NCBI RefSeq assembly: GCF_006345805.1
Contig: NC_043003.1
Location: 66,154,001-66,218,000, forward strand
Direction of reading: 5' to 3'
Length of the DNA stretch: 64,000 nucleotides
From: Octopus sinensis
Lineage: Eukaryota
The number at the start of each line of letters is the position of its first letter. The stretch's first letter is position 1. The position numbers and the translations under genes were made by a program. The notes under the pieces were generated by a model. The model had not been told where the DNA came from and searched no databases. It was given only the letters and a program-made list of their open reading frames with translations. This document shows positions 25,182 to 39,570 of the stretch, piece after piece.

Positions 25182-28100
25182 GTTTCTTTATTAGCCACAC
25201 AGGGCTGCACACAGATAGAACAAATTACAAGGTAGAGCTTTTCTTTTGAAGGTTTTAAAAAAAAAAAAAGGAAGGGGGAGTTTCGATCAAAAGGGATCGT
25301 AAAAAAGGAGAGAAAGAGGACAAAAAAAGGGGGGTTAAAAAAAAAAAAAAAGGGGGGGAGAGGAAAACAAAATTGATCAATAGGGATCGTTATCACAGAA
25401 ATGTCAATATGAAGTGTAAAGGAGGACAGGTGAGGTTACCCGTGGAACGAAAGCCTACGGAAAAGACCACGGTAACCTCGGTCAATGAAGTCACATTTTA
25501 TATTCCTTTTTTTTTTTTTTTTTTTTTTTTGCAATAAGCAACTCTCTGTTTTCGATTTCTGGGTTCATAGGACTATGCTCAAGGTGGCTTCGTCATTCAT
25601 ACGTGCCATTCTTGCTACATTCACCCATCTTTTTTTAAAATTTCGCTAGACAAAATTTGCCTCTCTACTCTCACTTTCCTTTTCAAGTGGTACTTGAAGA
25701 AGTTGATGAGAGATTGACCAGAGAGGAAAGTGTTTGTCTCCAATCCTTTCAGACGCGTCCACCAGATACATTCTTTCGCCATAGCCACAAGGATGATGAA
25801 AATAGCTCTTCCTTCCCGTTTGAAGGAAGGAGGCGTGACAATATTGACGATAGACTCAGCTGATAAACCGACTCGTCCCACACGTGACAGCAGTTGTTCG
25901 ACATAAGCCCACAGGTCGGAAATTGTTGGACACTGAACGAGTGCGTGCAGAACGGTTTCGTCGCTCTGACCGCATCTCGGGCAGGTCGGCCCCGTGTTTC
26001 TCGAGCCGTGTCTGTAGAGCTTATCCCGAACGGGTAGCGCTTCTCGGTAGCACTGCCAGGCCAGGGATCTCTGGAAGTTGTCCATGGGCCCTGGCCCGAA
26101 AGTCGTCCCGAACAGGCGGGTCAGGTACTCCTCGTCGACGTCCAGGTTCGCCCCGAGCTCGTCGTCGTACCTCCCCTCCACTAAACCCCTATAGAATGCT
26201 TTGGTTGTGTTGAAGTCACTTAAGGTCGACCCAGGACGGCAGAGTTGCTTGAGAGCAACGCGACACTCGCGGTGCCATTCGCCCTTCCTCGGCCTCTTTT
26301 TGATCCACGACTGCAGTTCGGTCATGGAGACGAGCTGCGGGAAAGCGTGCCTCACAAACGGCGACCACACCTGTTCACCGTCGTCTACATAGAGCCAGAG
26401 ATGTCGCAGTCTCAGCGCGTGTCTGCGCATCATCAACCACGGCATGCCCAGCCCTCCTCCTTTAACGGGTGTTGACAGCAAATGGATCGCCTGACCATCG
26501 GGACGCATCCTTTCCACAAGAAGCGAAAGAGGATGCGTTGTAGTTTGGTGATGGTAGGGTCGGGACAAGGTACGACGGTCAGGCGGTAGTAGATGACGGA
26601 CGCGATGTACGTGTTCGCCACCTCCGCTCGACCTTTTAGGGACAGTTTCCTCTCGGCCCATTGCCGGGCGAGAGTGACCACCCTACTCGTTATCTCGTTC
26701 CAGTTCTTCTCCACTTGGAGGTCCGGACCGAACCAGACCCCGAGCAACTCAACCGGGCCGTCGGTCCAGCGTCCCACGACGGAGGCGCTGGTGGACGGCA
26801 TGGGCTTGCTTCTCCAGGTGCCTAGTCGCAAGCCCACTGACTTTTCCCGGTTGATTTTCGCTCCTGTCACCGCTTCGTAGTTTTTCAGTGTCTCGCCGAC
26901 CAGCTCGATGTGCTCGTGGCTAGACACTATGACGGTGACGTCGTCCGCGTATGCAGACACGCTCGTCCCGCATCCCAATTCTCGCGGGATGCCCCTTAGA
27001 GTCGCCAGCTTCCGCAGTAGTGGCTCAAGAGTCAATACGTATAGAAGCGCCGAGAGGGGGCATCCCTGACGGACCGAACGTGCAATGTCGAAAGGTCTCG
27101 ATAGATGTCCATTTACGCGAATTACCGAACGGATGCCTCTGTACAAGGCAGCTATCCAGCCGCGGAAGACGGGACCGAAACCAGCCGCTCTCAGGACTGC
27201 CTCCAAGTATCGATGGTCTACCCTATCAAAGGCTTTCGATTGATCCAAGTTGATCAGGGCCCCACCCATGCCAGGTTCGTTAACTACCCTGTCTATGATG
27301 TAGCGCATCAGATGGAGGTTGTCATGGATGGTCCGGCCTGGCACGGCGCATGTTTGCGCCTTGTCGACCAGTTTCTCGATGACAAGCGCCAACCTCTTGG
27401 CTAGCACCTTGGACAAAATTTTCAAGTCTGCATTAAGCAGAGTGATGGGCCTAAAGTTATCTATTAAATTTCCCTTGTTTAGATCTTTCTTCAGCAGTGT
27501 TACGGCTCCTCGGCTCACAAAACCAGGAATGCTCCCGTTTTGCTGCCAGTTGCAGTACACCGCCGCCAGAGATCTCCAAACAAGTCTGGCATACAATTGT
27601 AAAGCTCGTAGGGTAGACCATCCAAACCCGGTGATTTGTCCCTCGAGCATTCTGCCATCGCTTCCCGCACTTCCGCCGCCGTGATGGCACCTTCGCAGCA
27701 CCCTGCCTTTCTTGTCGAGAGTCGTGGTAGGCTATGTAGGTAGGCACTGAAGTCCACCCTACGTTCTTGCCCTCCACTCGTTCCGAACAGTCGGGCAAAA
27801 TGCTGCTGAAAGGCCTCACACATTTTACTTGGCTCGAGCAATTCGCGCCCCTGTTCATCTACCAGTGACCGAATGGTGGCTTTGTTGCCCTGTTGCGCCT
27901 CTGCCACCCGGGCCTCTCTCGCGGCTCCAACACCTTCGTTCCTTAGAGCACGCATCCTAGCTCTGACAGCACATCCTTCGTGTTTAGCGTTGAAGTGTTG
28001 GTCGAGGGCCAACCTCGCCGCCAAAACGTCGGATGCGATGCCGCTTCTAATTGCCTCTTCTAGCTTCTTAACTAGCTCACCCTCTACTCTATTTCTATCT

Positions 28101-28851
28101 ATGGCTAGTGATTTGCTGTACCTAATCGCTTCTTCTGCTTTTACTGCTCTCTCTTGAGGGCAAACCACCATTTGTTGTTGATGATGGCTCCCGTCAAAGC
28201 CCTCTTTACTAGTGTGCTAATCCGGTCTCTGAAAACTTGTCTCGATGGGAAAGACGCGTTTAGTTTCCAGTATCCGGGACCCTGCCTAAGTGTCTTACCT
28301 AAGTCTAGCGTACATGTCACAAGTTTGTGATCCGTGTAGCTGACTATGTGGAATTGTGGACATCCTATGCTATCTCTATCTACCGTCCTACACAGTATCC
28401 TATCTAGATACGATCTCGACGACCCGATGCGGTTGCTCCATGTCCACGTTGGCGCATTCGGGTGGTCTAGTCGGAACCTGTCAGACAGTTGAAAGCGTCT
28501 GAGCAGGTCTCTGAGGCATTTGCATCCCCGTCTATTCCTATCTCTACCCACGTAGTCTACATGCGTGTCCAAGGTAGCATTCCAATCCCCCACTAAGAGT
28601 AAAGACGAGACGTTCCCAAGAAAACTTCTAGACGTTGAAAGAAATCCGCCCGACCTGTTAAGGGCGGTGCGTAAACTGATACGAGTCGAAAAGCGCACCC
28701 ATTGCTGCCGTCGACATCCAGGACGACCAGTCTGCCTCCGGGTCTACGAATATTGTCCTTACATTGAGATCCAGACTCTTGTGAAAAAGTACCGCGGTGC
28801 CACTACCGCCCATTCTCGGCAGACAGGGGGAAAAATAAATGTTGAACTGTC
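25182..28851 (-). mobile_element. Tx1/L1-clade non-LTR retrotransposon, young copy; 5' part lost in the gap
   Basis: APE endonuclease (VGDWN, SYLDRIL, TDHKLV), RT (FRPITLLNADLKILSK, DQSKAFDRVDH, VRQGCPLS, YADD) and C-terminal CCHC-like motif (CPRCGQSDETVLHALVQC). GC- and CpG-rich against the background. The 3' UTR ends AATAAAGAAAC and abuts (TATC)n. Confidence 0.92.
25565..28850 (-). CDS. Tx1-like ORF2 (EN-RT-zinc knuckle), split by several frameshifts
   Basis: Track ORFs 28141..28698, 27515..28171, 26433..27701 and 25621..26661 overlap end to end in different frames. The corrected C-terminus reads KRWVNVARMARMNDEATLSIVL*. Confidence 0.85.
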
Positions 28852-28951
28852 NNNNNNNNNNNNNNNNNNNNNNNNNNNNNNNNNNNNNNNNNNNNNNNNN
28901 NNNNNNNNNNNNNNNNNNNNNNNNNNNNNNNNNNNNNNNNNNNNNNNNNNN
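28852..28951. other. Assembly gap (100 N)
   Basis: Run of N; sequence beyond it is unrelated to the LINE. Confidence 1.
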
Positions 28952-29468
28952 TTGAGACTGACGTTTGATGGCTAGAAAGCTGTCAGGCACGTACAACCTT
29001 CAACCAAATAGGCAAGTTGTAATTAGCAATTCAACGTTGGTACACTTTAGGCACGTACAACCCTCTGCCAAACAGACTAGTTGTAGTTGGAAATTCAACG
29101 TTGGTACACATTAGAGAATTAGTGGTGGTAAAAATGACGATGACGTTCTGGGAGAAATACGGTCTTGACTGTCATCTGGGTCGCCCCAAATTGTGCACAG
29201 AGCATCGAATCCGTTTAGTAAAGAAGCTTTCTGCTTGTGCATGGCAAACTTGTGGAGCTGTGAATCAACGGACTTGTTCATCTGCGGATGACTCGCTGGT
29301 GATACAGACCCGCTGATGTCTCTATCACGCTGACCTCCGCAGCCAATAAAATACAAAAGACGATGGTCTGCACGACGGACAAATTCCCTGGTCTCGATAA
29401 TTTGTAAATGTGTATATAAGCTTTACTCTTACATATCAAAATTCTTGACAAAATGTTTACTAGAATTG

Positions 29469-29698
29469 CAGTAATTCTTCGACTATCGCGGGTGTTACGT
29501 TCCAAAATCCCCCACGATAGGTGAGAATCCACGAAGTAGAAACAGTACTGCATATTTTTCTATTATTTTTATAATTTATATATATTTATTTTATCATAGA
29601 TACAAAACAACAACACAGAAGAATCGACGTAAGCTTAAATAATAAACCGCGATAGGTGAACCGCGATAGGTGAACCGCGATATGGCTAGGGATTACTG
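29469..29698 (+). mobile_element. Tigger/pogo-like MITE
   Basis: Imperfect TIRs CAGTAATTCTTCGACTATCGCG / CGCGATATGGCTAGGGATTACTG followed by TA; AT-rich interior. Confidence 0.7.
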
Positions 29699-30724
29699 TA
29701 GTCAGAACGTAAAACCGGTAGAAATGCTGTTAAGCATTTTGTCCGACGTACTAACGACTCTGTCATCTCGTTAAATGGTAGATGACTTTCAAATGTATAA
29801 CCATAAATGTGCTTAGTCAGAGGTCAAGTAGTTTGATTGATTGCTGAAGATAAGGAGTATCCGTCGAAATCGAATGAGATCGATTAACTTCAGAAAAAGT
29901 TAAATCAGTGTGAAGAACGAAAAGCACAAGTAGATGGATTTGGTCGATGGAATATGAGGCATCGATCTCCAAGCGATCGGAACCGAAAACCGACAATACT
30001 GTAATTACTGTCCTAACACTCCATGACCTTCAACATACGTTTATGTATGCATGCATGTAGGGAGGAAATGCATTTGTTAGCATTTCTGCGTGAATATATG
30101 GTATATCAAAACATATACATACATACACACACACATATATGCACAAACACATATATGTATATGAAGAGAGAGAGAGAGGGGGAGAGCGATAGTGACGTAT
30201 GTATGCATGCATGTACATATGTATAAATTTGTATGTGTATACATCATATTTGTGTGTTGTGGGGGTAAGATATACATTAAATATACACGAATTAAATCAT
30301 ATTGACTACAAATACGTTCGCAGAAATGTTAGAATAAATTTAATTACACGAGGAATTAATGTGAGAATGAGTTTACATGATTTGGTGGCAATGTCTGATG
30401 TGTATAAACATGACATCGTTGGTAAGGACACATTGGAATATGTTTAACCTATGATTGTGCCATTAGATATATGGGAATCCATTTGCATTCGTGCGCAGAC
30501 ACACGACCACATATATTCACCTATATAATTATTTATCATATGTGCATGCACACATACGCACACATATATACGCGTACATTTACAGGCACAGATACACACG
30601 CAAAGACACATACCTACACACAATTATTTATGTCCAGAGGGGATTTAACTTGAATGAATACAGAAATACATAACAGAAATCATATTAACTCGCACAGAAA
30701 TAAATAAATTTATCAATATATCAA

Positions 30725-30822
<98 letters not shown>

Positions 30823-32624
30823 GCTATCTATCTTTCTATCAGTCTATCTATCAATCTGTTTTTCTTTGTGTTTGTGTGTTTCTGTATTTGTGTGTGTGTG
30901 TGTGTGCGCGCGCGCGCGCGTGTGTGTATGTAGCCACGAATGTATGCATGCGGAAATATACGCGTTGAAGTATTCATGTATATATGTGCTTAGACATGTA
31001 AATGTATATCCGTTTGCGAGAGTACTTTTATATATATACGTATATTTGCGCCTAATCATATACATATCTACGAATATATACATATACAGATATCTACGCA
31101 GGCTTACCTCCCTTCTGTGACTCACTCTTTCACTTGTATATTCTATTGCGTACGCGCACGTGGAATCATATATGTATATACATATACGTATACATACGTA
31201 AGTGTGTGTGTGTGCAGGTGTGTGTATGTGTATCTGCATGATTATGTGTGCATATGTATGTATGTATATATAAAAATATACATAAATAGATATACGTATA
31301 TTTACGCGTGCATGTGTGTAAATACATACATACATATATATGTATATATATATATATATTATATATTATATATATATATATATAAAATAATATATATATT
31401 TATGTATATATATATGTATATATAATGTATATATATATATAATATATATATATATATTATATTATGAACATATATGTATATATACACAACATATATATAT
31501 ATAAATATACACGTATGTATCTGTGTCTATACGTATACATTTTAGATGCATAATAAACAATAAGCATTATATATATATAGTATATATATTATATATATAT
31601 ATATATGTATGTATGTATGTATGTGTGGGTGTGTGTATTTATATACATCCTGCATGCATCTGTTTGCATGTGTATGTGTATGCCTATGTATGCATATTCA
31701 TTGACCGACACACATATATGTGTGTGTTTATCGGTGTGATTGTATACTTTCTTTCAAATCTATATATACATATACAAACACACGTACCAAATTCTCATAC
31801 ATTACCGGAACTACAGAACTAATGTACAGTCATAGAATAAATTGGAATAAATGATGATCTCACCATAGACTTTCGTTTCCACTTTACTCATACCACCTCT
31901 CACAACAACTCCCACACCGCATCCCCCACGCTACCCTCACTACGTGTCCTTCTCCCACTCCTCCTCTCCCTTCTTCTCTTCTTTTCTTCCTTTGCATTCA
32001 ACATGTCTCCTAAACCAAACCCTAGCACAGACCCGACCTGTCTTCAGAGCAATTTTTTCGAAATAGTCGACTCGCCAAGTCAAAGAGGTTAGACATTCTA
32101 GCCAAGCGGAATGATGATACTGGAATTCCAGATCACACTAAGGTGAACGATATCTCTCTGTGACAAATAATCAAGGTGAGGCGTATTAAACTATATCACC
32201 GCCTCTTCATCTTCCTTCTCCACTTCCTCCTCCTCCGCTCCTCGCCGCTCCATTTGTTCCAACAGCGTTTCTCTTCGAACCATTCCTATTTGTACTATTG
32301 TAATGTTTTATTTATGTATTTATACATGTTATTTTTATACTTATTCAGTTTGTCGCTGTTTCCAGCTCCTGACTTAGATCTCTTCTGTTTTTTCTCTTTC
32401 ATATAATCATATATTCCTCCCCACTAATCCAACTGGTGATTAAGTTAAAATCGCTTAGCGGTTGGATATGCTATTTCTCCAGCTGTCAAGGATTTCTGCA
32501 GAGTGATTTGGATAAAAATGATGCGTTCTAAAAGATACAATTGATATTCAGATAATGGCACTTTCGATGCCACATAGTCACTAACCCCCAACGACTGATG
32601 TTCATTATGACATTGCTGCAGCTG

Positions 32625-32668
32625 CTGCTGATGGTGATAATGATGATGATGATGACGACGACGACGAC

Positions 32669-32701
<33 letters not shown>

Positions 32702-32749
32702 GGTGTTGGTGGTGGTGATAATGATAACGATGATGATGATGATGATGCC

Positions 32750-32783
<34 letters not shown>

Positions 32784-33000
32784 CCGATGACGATGATGAT
32801 GATGCAGATGATGATGATGTTGATGTTGATGATGATGATGTTGATGTTGTTGTTGTTGATGATGATGATGATGATGATGACGACGATGACGATGAAGCAA
32901 ATGATAATGATGATGATGATGAGTTCGTGACTACTGTTGCTGCTGCTGCTACCGATGGTAATGATGAGCTCGTGGCGTGCTGCTACTGCTGCTGATGACG
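32625..33000. repeat. Compound triplet microsatellite (GAT/GAC/GGT/GTT/GCT)
   Basis: About 375 bp of in-register triplets. Confidence 0.9.
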
Positions 33001-33600
33001 AACAGGAGCAATATGGTCCCCCTGGTGGGTGGTAGGTTGTGAACAAGTTTGCTTTTGTCGGAGCGATAATGCTTTCATAGTAAATGAATAAGGACACGCA
33101 CATTCATAGATACACACACACAAACACACACACCCATATATATCTATCTATACATACATACATACATACATACATACAACATACATACATACATACATAC
33201 ATACATAACATACATATCTGTGTGTGTGTGTGTGTGTGTGTGCGTGTATATGTATATATGTATACTTGTATGCATGTGTGTATACATACATTCATATTGA
33301 ACTGTAATCGATGTATTATTATGCACGTTGCGAATGGGAAAAGTTGATAGCTTTTTGGAAACGGAAGCATGACATCTCAGACGCCATTAAATTAAAAGAC
33401 TTAATTTGCAGTAGAAATGTCTGGTGCCTGCATTCCTATACACAGACTACAATCCTTCATCAAGCGATCCTAGGATGTATATACCTGGCGCCGTAGTTTC
33501 AGCAAAAACGTTTACACAACTGTTTCTTTGATATATCAGAACTGCTAACTCATCGCGACTATTAAAAAGACGCCCGACATCTTGTCCGTTACTTGAAGTA

Positions 33601-34080
33601 TTGGGTTGTCTGGAAAGTTCGCGCCGATTTTTAAAGGAAAGAAAAAGGTCAATAAATACTTGCCATTACATTTTTAATCAACCAAATATGAAACATTTTG
33701 TTGCACAATGCGTCTCTACCTTTCCTTTAACTTGGAAATTTACCCTCTTACCAGTATTGAGGTGGTTTCATGGCAAATAATTCATCAAGGTATCTCTTTA
33801 CGTCATCCAAGGAATTGAATTGTTTACCATTAAAACTATTATGAAGAGGCCTGAATAAGTGAAAATCCGAAGGAGCAATATCTGGTGAATATGGACGGTG
33901 GGGAAACACATCCCAGCCGAGCTGCAGCAATCTTTGTCTGATTCCCCAAATATCAAGGGCCGAAAATGAACTTCCTTATCTTCCATTTGAAAGTGTTACA
34001 GAATTAACACAGGTTATAGGAACGTAAAACTTCTTCCACGAAATAATAGCTGAAACTGTGCTCTAAATGGAAGTGTAGCA
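33601..34080 (-). mobile_element. Second copy of the same deleted mariner, opposite orientation, one end missing
   Basis: TIR TA-TTGGGTTGTCTGGAAAGTTC; LGWDVFPHRPYSPDIAPSDFHLFRPL; same MEDK.VHF fusion. Confidence 0.88.
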
Positions 34081-34571
34081 AGAAATATCGGCTGCGAGAA
34101 GCGCACTGAGTAAACCAGCTGGAGGAGATGCATTCCCTTGGTTAAATGGCAGTATCGTCGCCTCTTAGAGGTCAGCCACATTAAGTGGCCGTAAGCAATA
34201 CTATATATAAATATTTGTGGGGGTGTGTATATATGTGTGTGCATGTCTGTATTTACGCATGTGTGTGTCTTCGTGTCTGTGTTTCTAATCCACTACTGCT
34301 TGTATTTATGTCCCCGTGTTGATAATCAGATGTTTGCCATCCCACCGCTACCCACGCTTGGCAACCGGTGTTGGCGTAATTACGTCCCCGATACCTAACG
34401 CTTCGGCAAAAGGGACAATGGAATAAGTACAAGGCATAAAATATAAGTGCTGAAGTCAAGTTGTTCGACTACAGATTCTTCAAGGTGGTGCCCCAGCATG
34501 ACCAGAACAGATAACAGTAATTGAAACAAATAAATGGTAGAAGATAAATTTGAAATACGATAACTATTATA

Positions 34572-35133
34572 TTGGGTTGTCCGAAAAGTTCATGACGATT
34601 TTTACTATCTTGCCCTTCGACTTATTTTAGAACATGGTTGAGTCCATATAATAGGATTTGACTACACCTCCATTTAGAGCACAGTTTAAGCTATCTTTTC
34701 GTAGAAAAAGTATTACGTTCCTATAACCTGTGTTAATTCTGTAACCCTTTAAAATGGAAGATAAGAAAGTTCATTTTCCGCACTTGATACTTTGGGAATC
34801 AGACAGAAATTACTGCAGGTCGGCTGGGATGTGTTACCCCACCCTCCATATTCACCAGATATTGCTCCTTCGGATTTCGACCTATTCGGGTCTCTGCAGA
34901 ATAGTCTTAATGGTAAAAAATTTCAATTCCTCGGATGACGTAAAAAGATACCTTGATGAATTCTTTGCCATGAAACCACCTCCATTCTGAGAAGAGGGTA
35001 TATTCAAGTTAAAGGAAAGATGGAGACGCATTGTGCAACAAAATGTTTCATATTTGGTTGATTAAAATGTAATGGTATTTATTGACCTGTTTCTTTCCTT
35101 TAAAAATCGGCACGAACTTTCCGGACAACCCAA
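34572..35133 (+). mobile_element. Internally deleted mariner (562 bp) with both TIRs and TA TSD
   Basis: TA-TTGGGTTGTCCGAAAAGTTC...GAACTTTCCGGACAACCCAA-TA. The transposase start MEDKKVHF is fused to the C-terminus (GWDV.PHPPYSPDIAPSDF.LF; DDVKRYLDEFF). Confidence 0.9.
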
Positions 35134-35501
35134 TACATTATATTTTCCAGAAGATACAGGAATTAGTCGGAGCTTAAGGTGTTCAATCAATATTACGACG
35201 TTTCCAAGATGAGCAAGGCCTGACCAGTTCATAACTTATTTCTTTGATTTACTTTATTTTAAAGAATTAGTTTTCACAGCTTCTAGAAATCTAAAATCGA
35301 TTCTATAATTTCAGTAACATTATTGAAATGTTTGTTGAAGATCGTAAGAGCTATCTTTCGGCCTTTGATGTTTTACTGTGGCCATGCTTGGGTACACCCT
35401 AGTCGAACAAATCAATCCAAGTACTTTATTGTTAGATTATTTCTATCGATATCTTGATAACTTTCACACAACAGCTAAGCTATGAAGACGATAACACTCC
35501 A

Positions 35502-35532
<31 letters not shown>

Positions 35533-35543
35533 GATAGATAGAC

Positions 35544-35610
<67 letters not shown>

Positions 35611-35636
35611 GGGATGGATATATAGTAGATATATAT

Positions 35637-35670
<34 letters not shown>

Positions 35671-36360
35671 GATAGAAGATAGATAGATAGATAGATAGAA
35701 AGATAGTAGATAGATTAGATAGATAGATAGATAGATAGATAGAAGATGATAGATAGATAATGGGTAGATAGATAGAAAGATAGTTAGATAGATACATTGA
35801 TAGATATATATTAATAGAAAAGACGGAAGATCCAGAAAAGTACTCTAGAGCTATGTCTCAATATTGAAGCGGGCGTTAAATTTAGTCCGGTATACATCAG
35901 ATACTTCCTTGTGCTTAAATCGGTGAACACAACCCGTCTAGGTCAATCCTTCATGAAGACAGATTTAAACCCCGAAAATTGAAATGATCCTAATATTTTT
36001 GATTGATAACAACGTGTAAATATATATCTTACGAAATGAATACCTTATGATTATCATTGTAATAACATAAAGAAACTTAATAATAATAAAGAAAAAATTC
36101 TCAAGCGTACACAATGTGAATTAATGATGATATCACAGCAGAAAAGTTTACAATATCGATATAATAAAATAGTAAGAAAGACTCGAAATTATAATATGAT
36201 TCAGCATGGGAATCTATGCTCAATAGATTCGTAATAAACATTCGGTGTTAGAAATTCACAACACGGATAGGGTCAAGTCATATACGTATATATATAAATA
36301 CATACATTCATTCATGGATGCATACATACATGCTACATACATACATACATACATACATAC

Positions 36361-36547
36361 ACACGTTTTCATGCACGTATTTAGCATGCATATATATATA
36401 TATGTATATTCACACAGGCGTTATTTTATATATATATATACATACATATATAAACATACATACATAGACATTTATTATATACATATATATACATACATGC
36501 ATACATATATACGTACACACGTTTTGATACACGTATTTAGCATGTAC

Positions 36548-36579
<32 letters not shown>

Positions 36580-36877
36580 TATATATTCACACAGGCGTTA
36601 TTTTATATATATACATATATAAACATACGTGCATAGAAATTTATTATATACATATATTCATTCAGGGTTGCATACATACATGTATACATACACATATACA
36701 TGCATATGTACATACATGCATGTATGTATATAATGTATGTATATTATCATAACTAGTACACTAGAGTTAACAATAGTTACCTAATTGTCTGTATAATAGG
36801 CCGAAAGCACGCTAAATCTGTAAGGCACAAGGCAAACAAAACCCACATCTTTTCAACGCAAATCGTCCATATTGTGA

Positions 36878-36908
<31 letters not shown>

Positions 36909-37200
36909 AGAGAGAGGGGGGTTTAGAGATAGAGGGAGATTTTGTGTGGTGGTGTGTCTGTGTTCTCGCATGAAACCACGTATTTATCGCCACTGTACTT
37001 TTAGTGTCATACACCTGCACTGCACTGGAATAACATGCACAGACATGCACATACACATGCATTTATGAATATATACACATCGACACACATATACGAACGC
37101 ATTTACAGACAAGCATTTACAAATATATAAATATTCTAAGGTATATATACAGACACACACACACATGTATATATATAAATATGAGTGTGCATGTATAAAT

Positions 37201-37252
<52 letters not shown>

Positions 37253-37315
37253 CGTACACACGTTTTCATGCACGTATTTAGCATGTACATATATATATAT
37301 ACATACATATGTATG

Positions 37316-37356
<41 letters not shown>

Positions 37357-37379
37357 GTATATTCACACAGGCGTTATTT

Positions 37380-37417
<38 letters not shown>

Positions 37418-37475
37418 CACATATACACACATATATATATATATATAACGTACATACATAGACATTTATTATATA
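36361..37475 (+). repeat. Three copies of a ~150-bp unit with variable internal (TA)n (~36361, ~36517, ~37258)
   Basis: Shared ACACGTTTT.AT.CACGTATTTAGCATG...TATTCACACAGGCGTTATTTTA frame. Confidence 0.8.
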
Positions 37476-37569
37476 CTCATACACACTTACCCAATTACAC
37501 ATTCTGTTATTTAACGAATATGTGAGATATGCTTAGGTGCAAACAGTAAACTTCTAATTGGAATCCCAT

Positions 37570-37616
<47 letters not shown>

Positions 37617-38380
37617 TACATACACACACATGTATATATATATATATATATGTGTGTATAATTAGACATACCAGAAAAGGGCATAAATATATTGATACGT
37701 TTACATTCAAACAAACCTATTCGATGGGAAAGTTTATTTCTGTGCTTTCATTTCCGGTTCGCACTCAAAGAGAACAAGAAATAAGCGATAAACAGTATTC
37801 GCAGATGCTCGCTTAATTCCGCAATTGGAAAATGCAGAGCATCAAATAATTTGCCACAGAGTAAATGAAATAAAGAATTTGGAATGTATTAAGAGTCAAT
37901 AAGAGAGAGATATCAGCTGCAATCCCTAAAGAGAGAAGACTACCGATTGTAATGACGTTTATATGATTACGAGTCCATTTACATTAAATGTGATAGGCCT
38001 GTGTGTGCCGTGTATTTTCGGGTATGTGTGTGTGTGCGCGCGCGCGTATGTGTGTGTGGGGAGGGGGTGAGTGAGTCTGTGAGTGGGAGGGTAGAGAGGG
38101 TGTTTGTGTGTGTTTGTCTATCCAAGTATATAGTTTATGAACGAATGCAGTTTTGCCATTCTCAAACTCTCACTCTCTGCCAATATCGGCCTCACCCCCA
38201 CCCCGACCCAACGTTGTGTGTGTGTGTGTGTGTGTGTGTATACGTATATCTTTAAGTATGTATGTATATATATGTATATATCTTCACACGCACACATGTA
38301 GATAGATAATTCTGTATATTTGCTAAAGCTAATATATTTGTGTGCATGTGTGTATGTGTGTATGTGTGTGTGTATCGTTA

Positions 38381-38411
<31 letters not shown>

Positions 38412-38864
38412 TTATATGTACATGTGTGTGTATGTATATTAATATATATATATATATTCCATAACTGGTTGTTTCATATAACGACGCATATCCACATACA
38501 CGCACATAAAAACATACACACAAATACACATACACAAATGACAACAGTCTATGCACGCGTTCATATGTGTACACGCGTTATCATGTGCGTAAGCATATAT
38601 ACGCAGTGAAACATATACAAGATATATGTATGTATATATACATATATGGATGTATATATACATATATGTGTGTGTGTATATATATATATATTAATATATA
38701 TATATATATATAGATATATATATATATACATATATACGTACATACATATATACATATATATACCTGTGTGTATATATATATGTATATACATATATATAAA
38801 TATGTATATATGCGTATATACATATATATGTATTTCTCTCTTTCTTACTCTCTCTCTCTCTCTC

Positions 38865-38912
<48 letters not shown>

Positions 38913-39570
38913 GCATGTGTAATAAATTAACTAAATATACAACGATATGCATCTACCAGTGCATGTATATGTGTGTGTGGAGAAGGAGGATGAAAAGTTG
39001 GTTGTTTGTGTGCATAGGATATATCAGTCCATTGAATGGGAGAAACGAGAAGCAAATTCAGAAATTAAGTTAGATGGACGTACATCAATGACATGTTGTC
39101 TTTTAGCGAACGTAAGGCTCAGAGCCTTATCTGTTGGTGCAACTTCCTATACTTTCCTTTGTCTCTTCTTTATATCCGCTCCCTCTGTCTCTATCCTTTG
39201 TTTCCTCTGGCATCTTACATAAATACATATATACAGATATACATAGTGACATACAAGACATACGTGCTTACGCTGTCGTATGAACATACATACGAGTTTA
39301 TTGCGTGTATAAGGCGCAAACGTAGCCGAGTGGTAAGAATTTTGCTTCCCATCTACGGTTCCGAGTTCATCCCACAGCATAGTGCCTAGGACAAGCGTCT
39401 TTTGCTACAACCTCAGGCCGACCAAAGCCTTGTGAATGGAATAAGTAAATGGAAACTGAAAGAAGCTTGTCGTATATATGTGTGTCTGTGCGTGAGCTTG
39501 TGTGTCCGCGCGCGATTCTGCGAATATGTGTGCATGAATATCTATGTGTGTGCGTATGTATGCGTGTGTG

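Noticed and set aside
25507-25530. T24 run as the LINE poly(A) tail
   Set aside because: Structured UTR-like sequence and AATAAA continue ~320 bp beyond it, so the end is placed at ~25182.
25657-28157. Plus-strand ORFs over the Tx1 element (and the antisense ORFs over the PLE)
   Set aside because: Shadow frames of GC-rich or strand-biased retroelement coding sequence.
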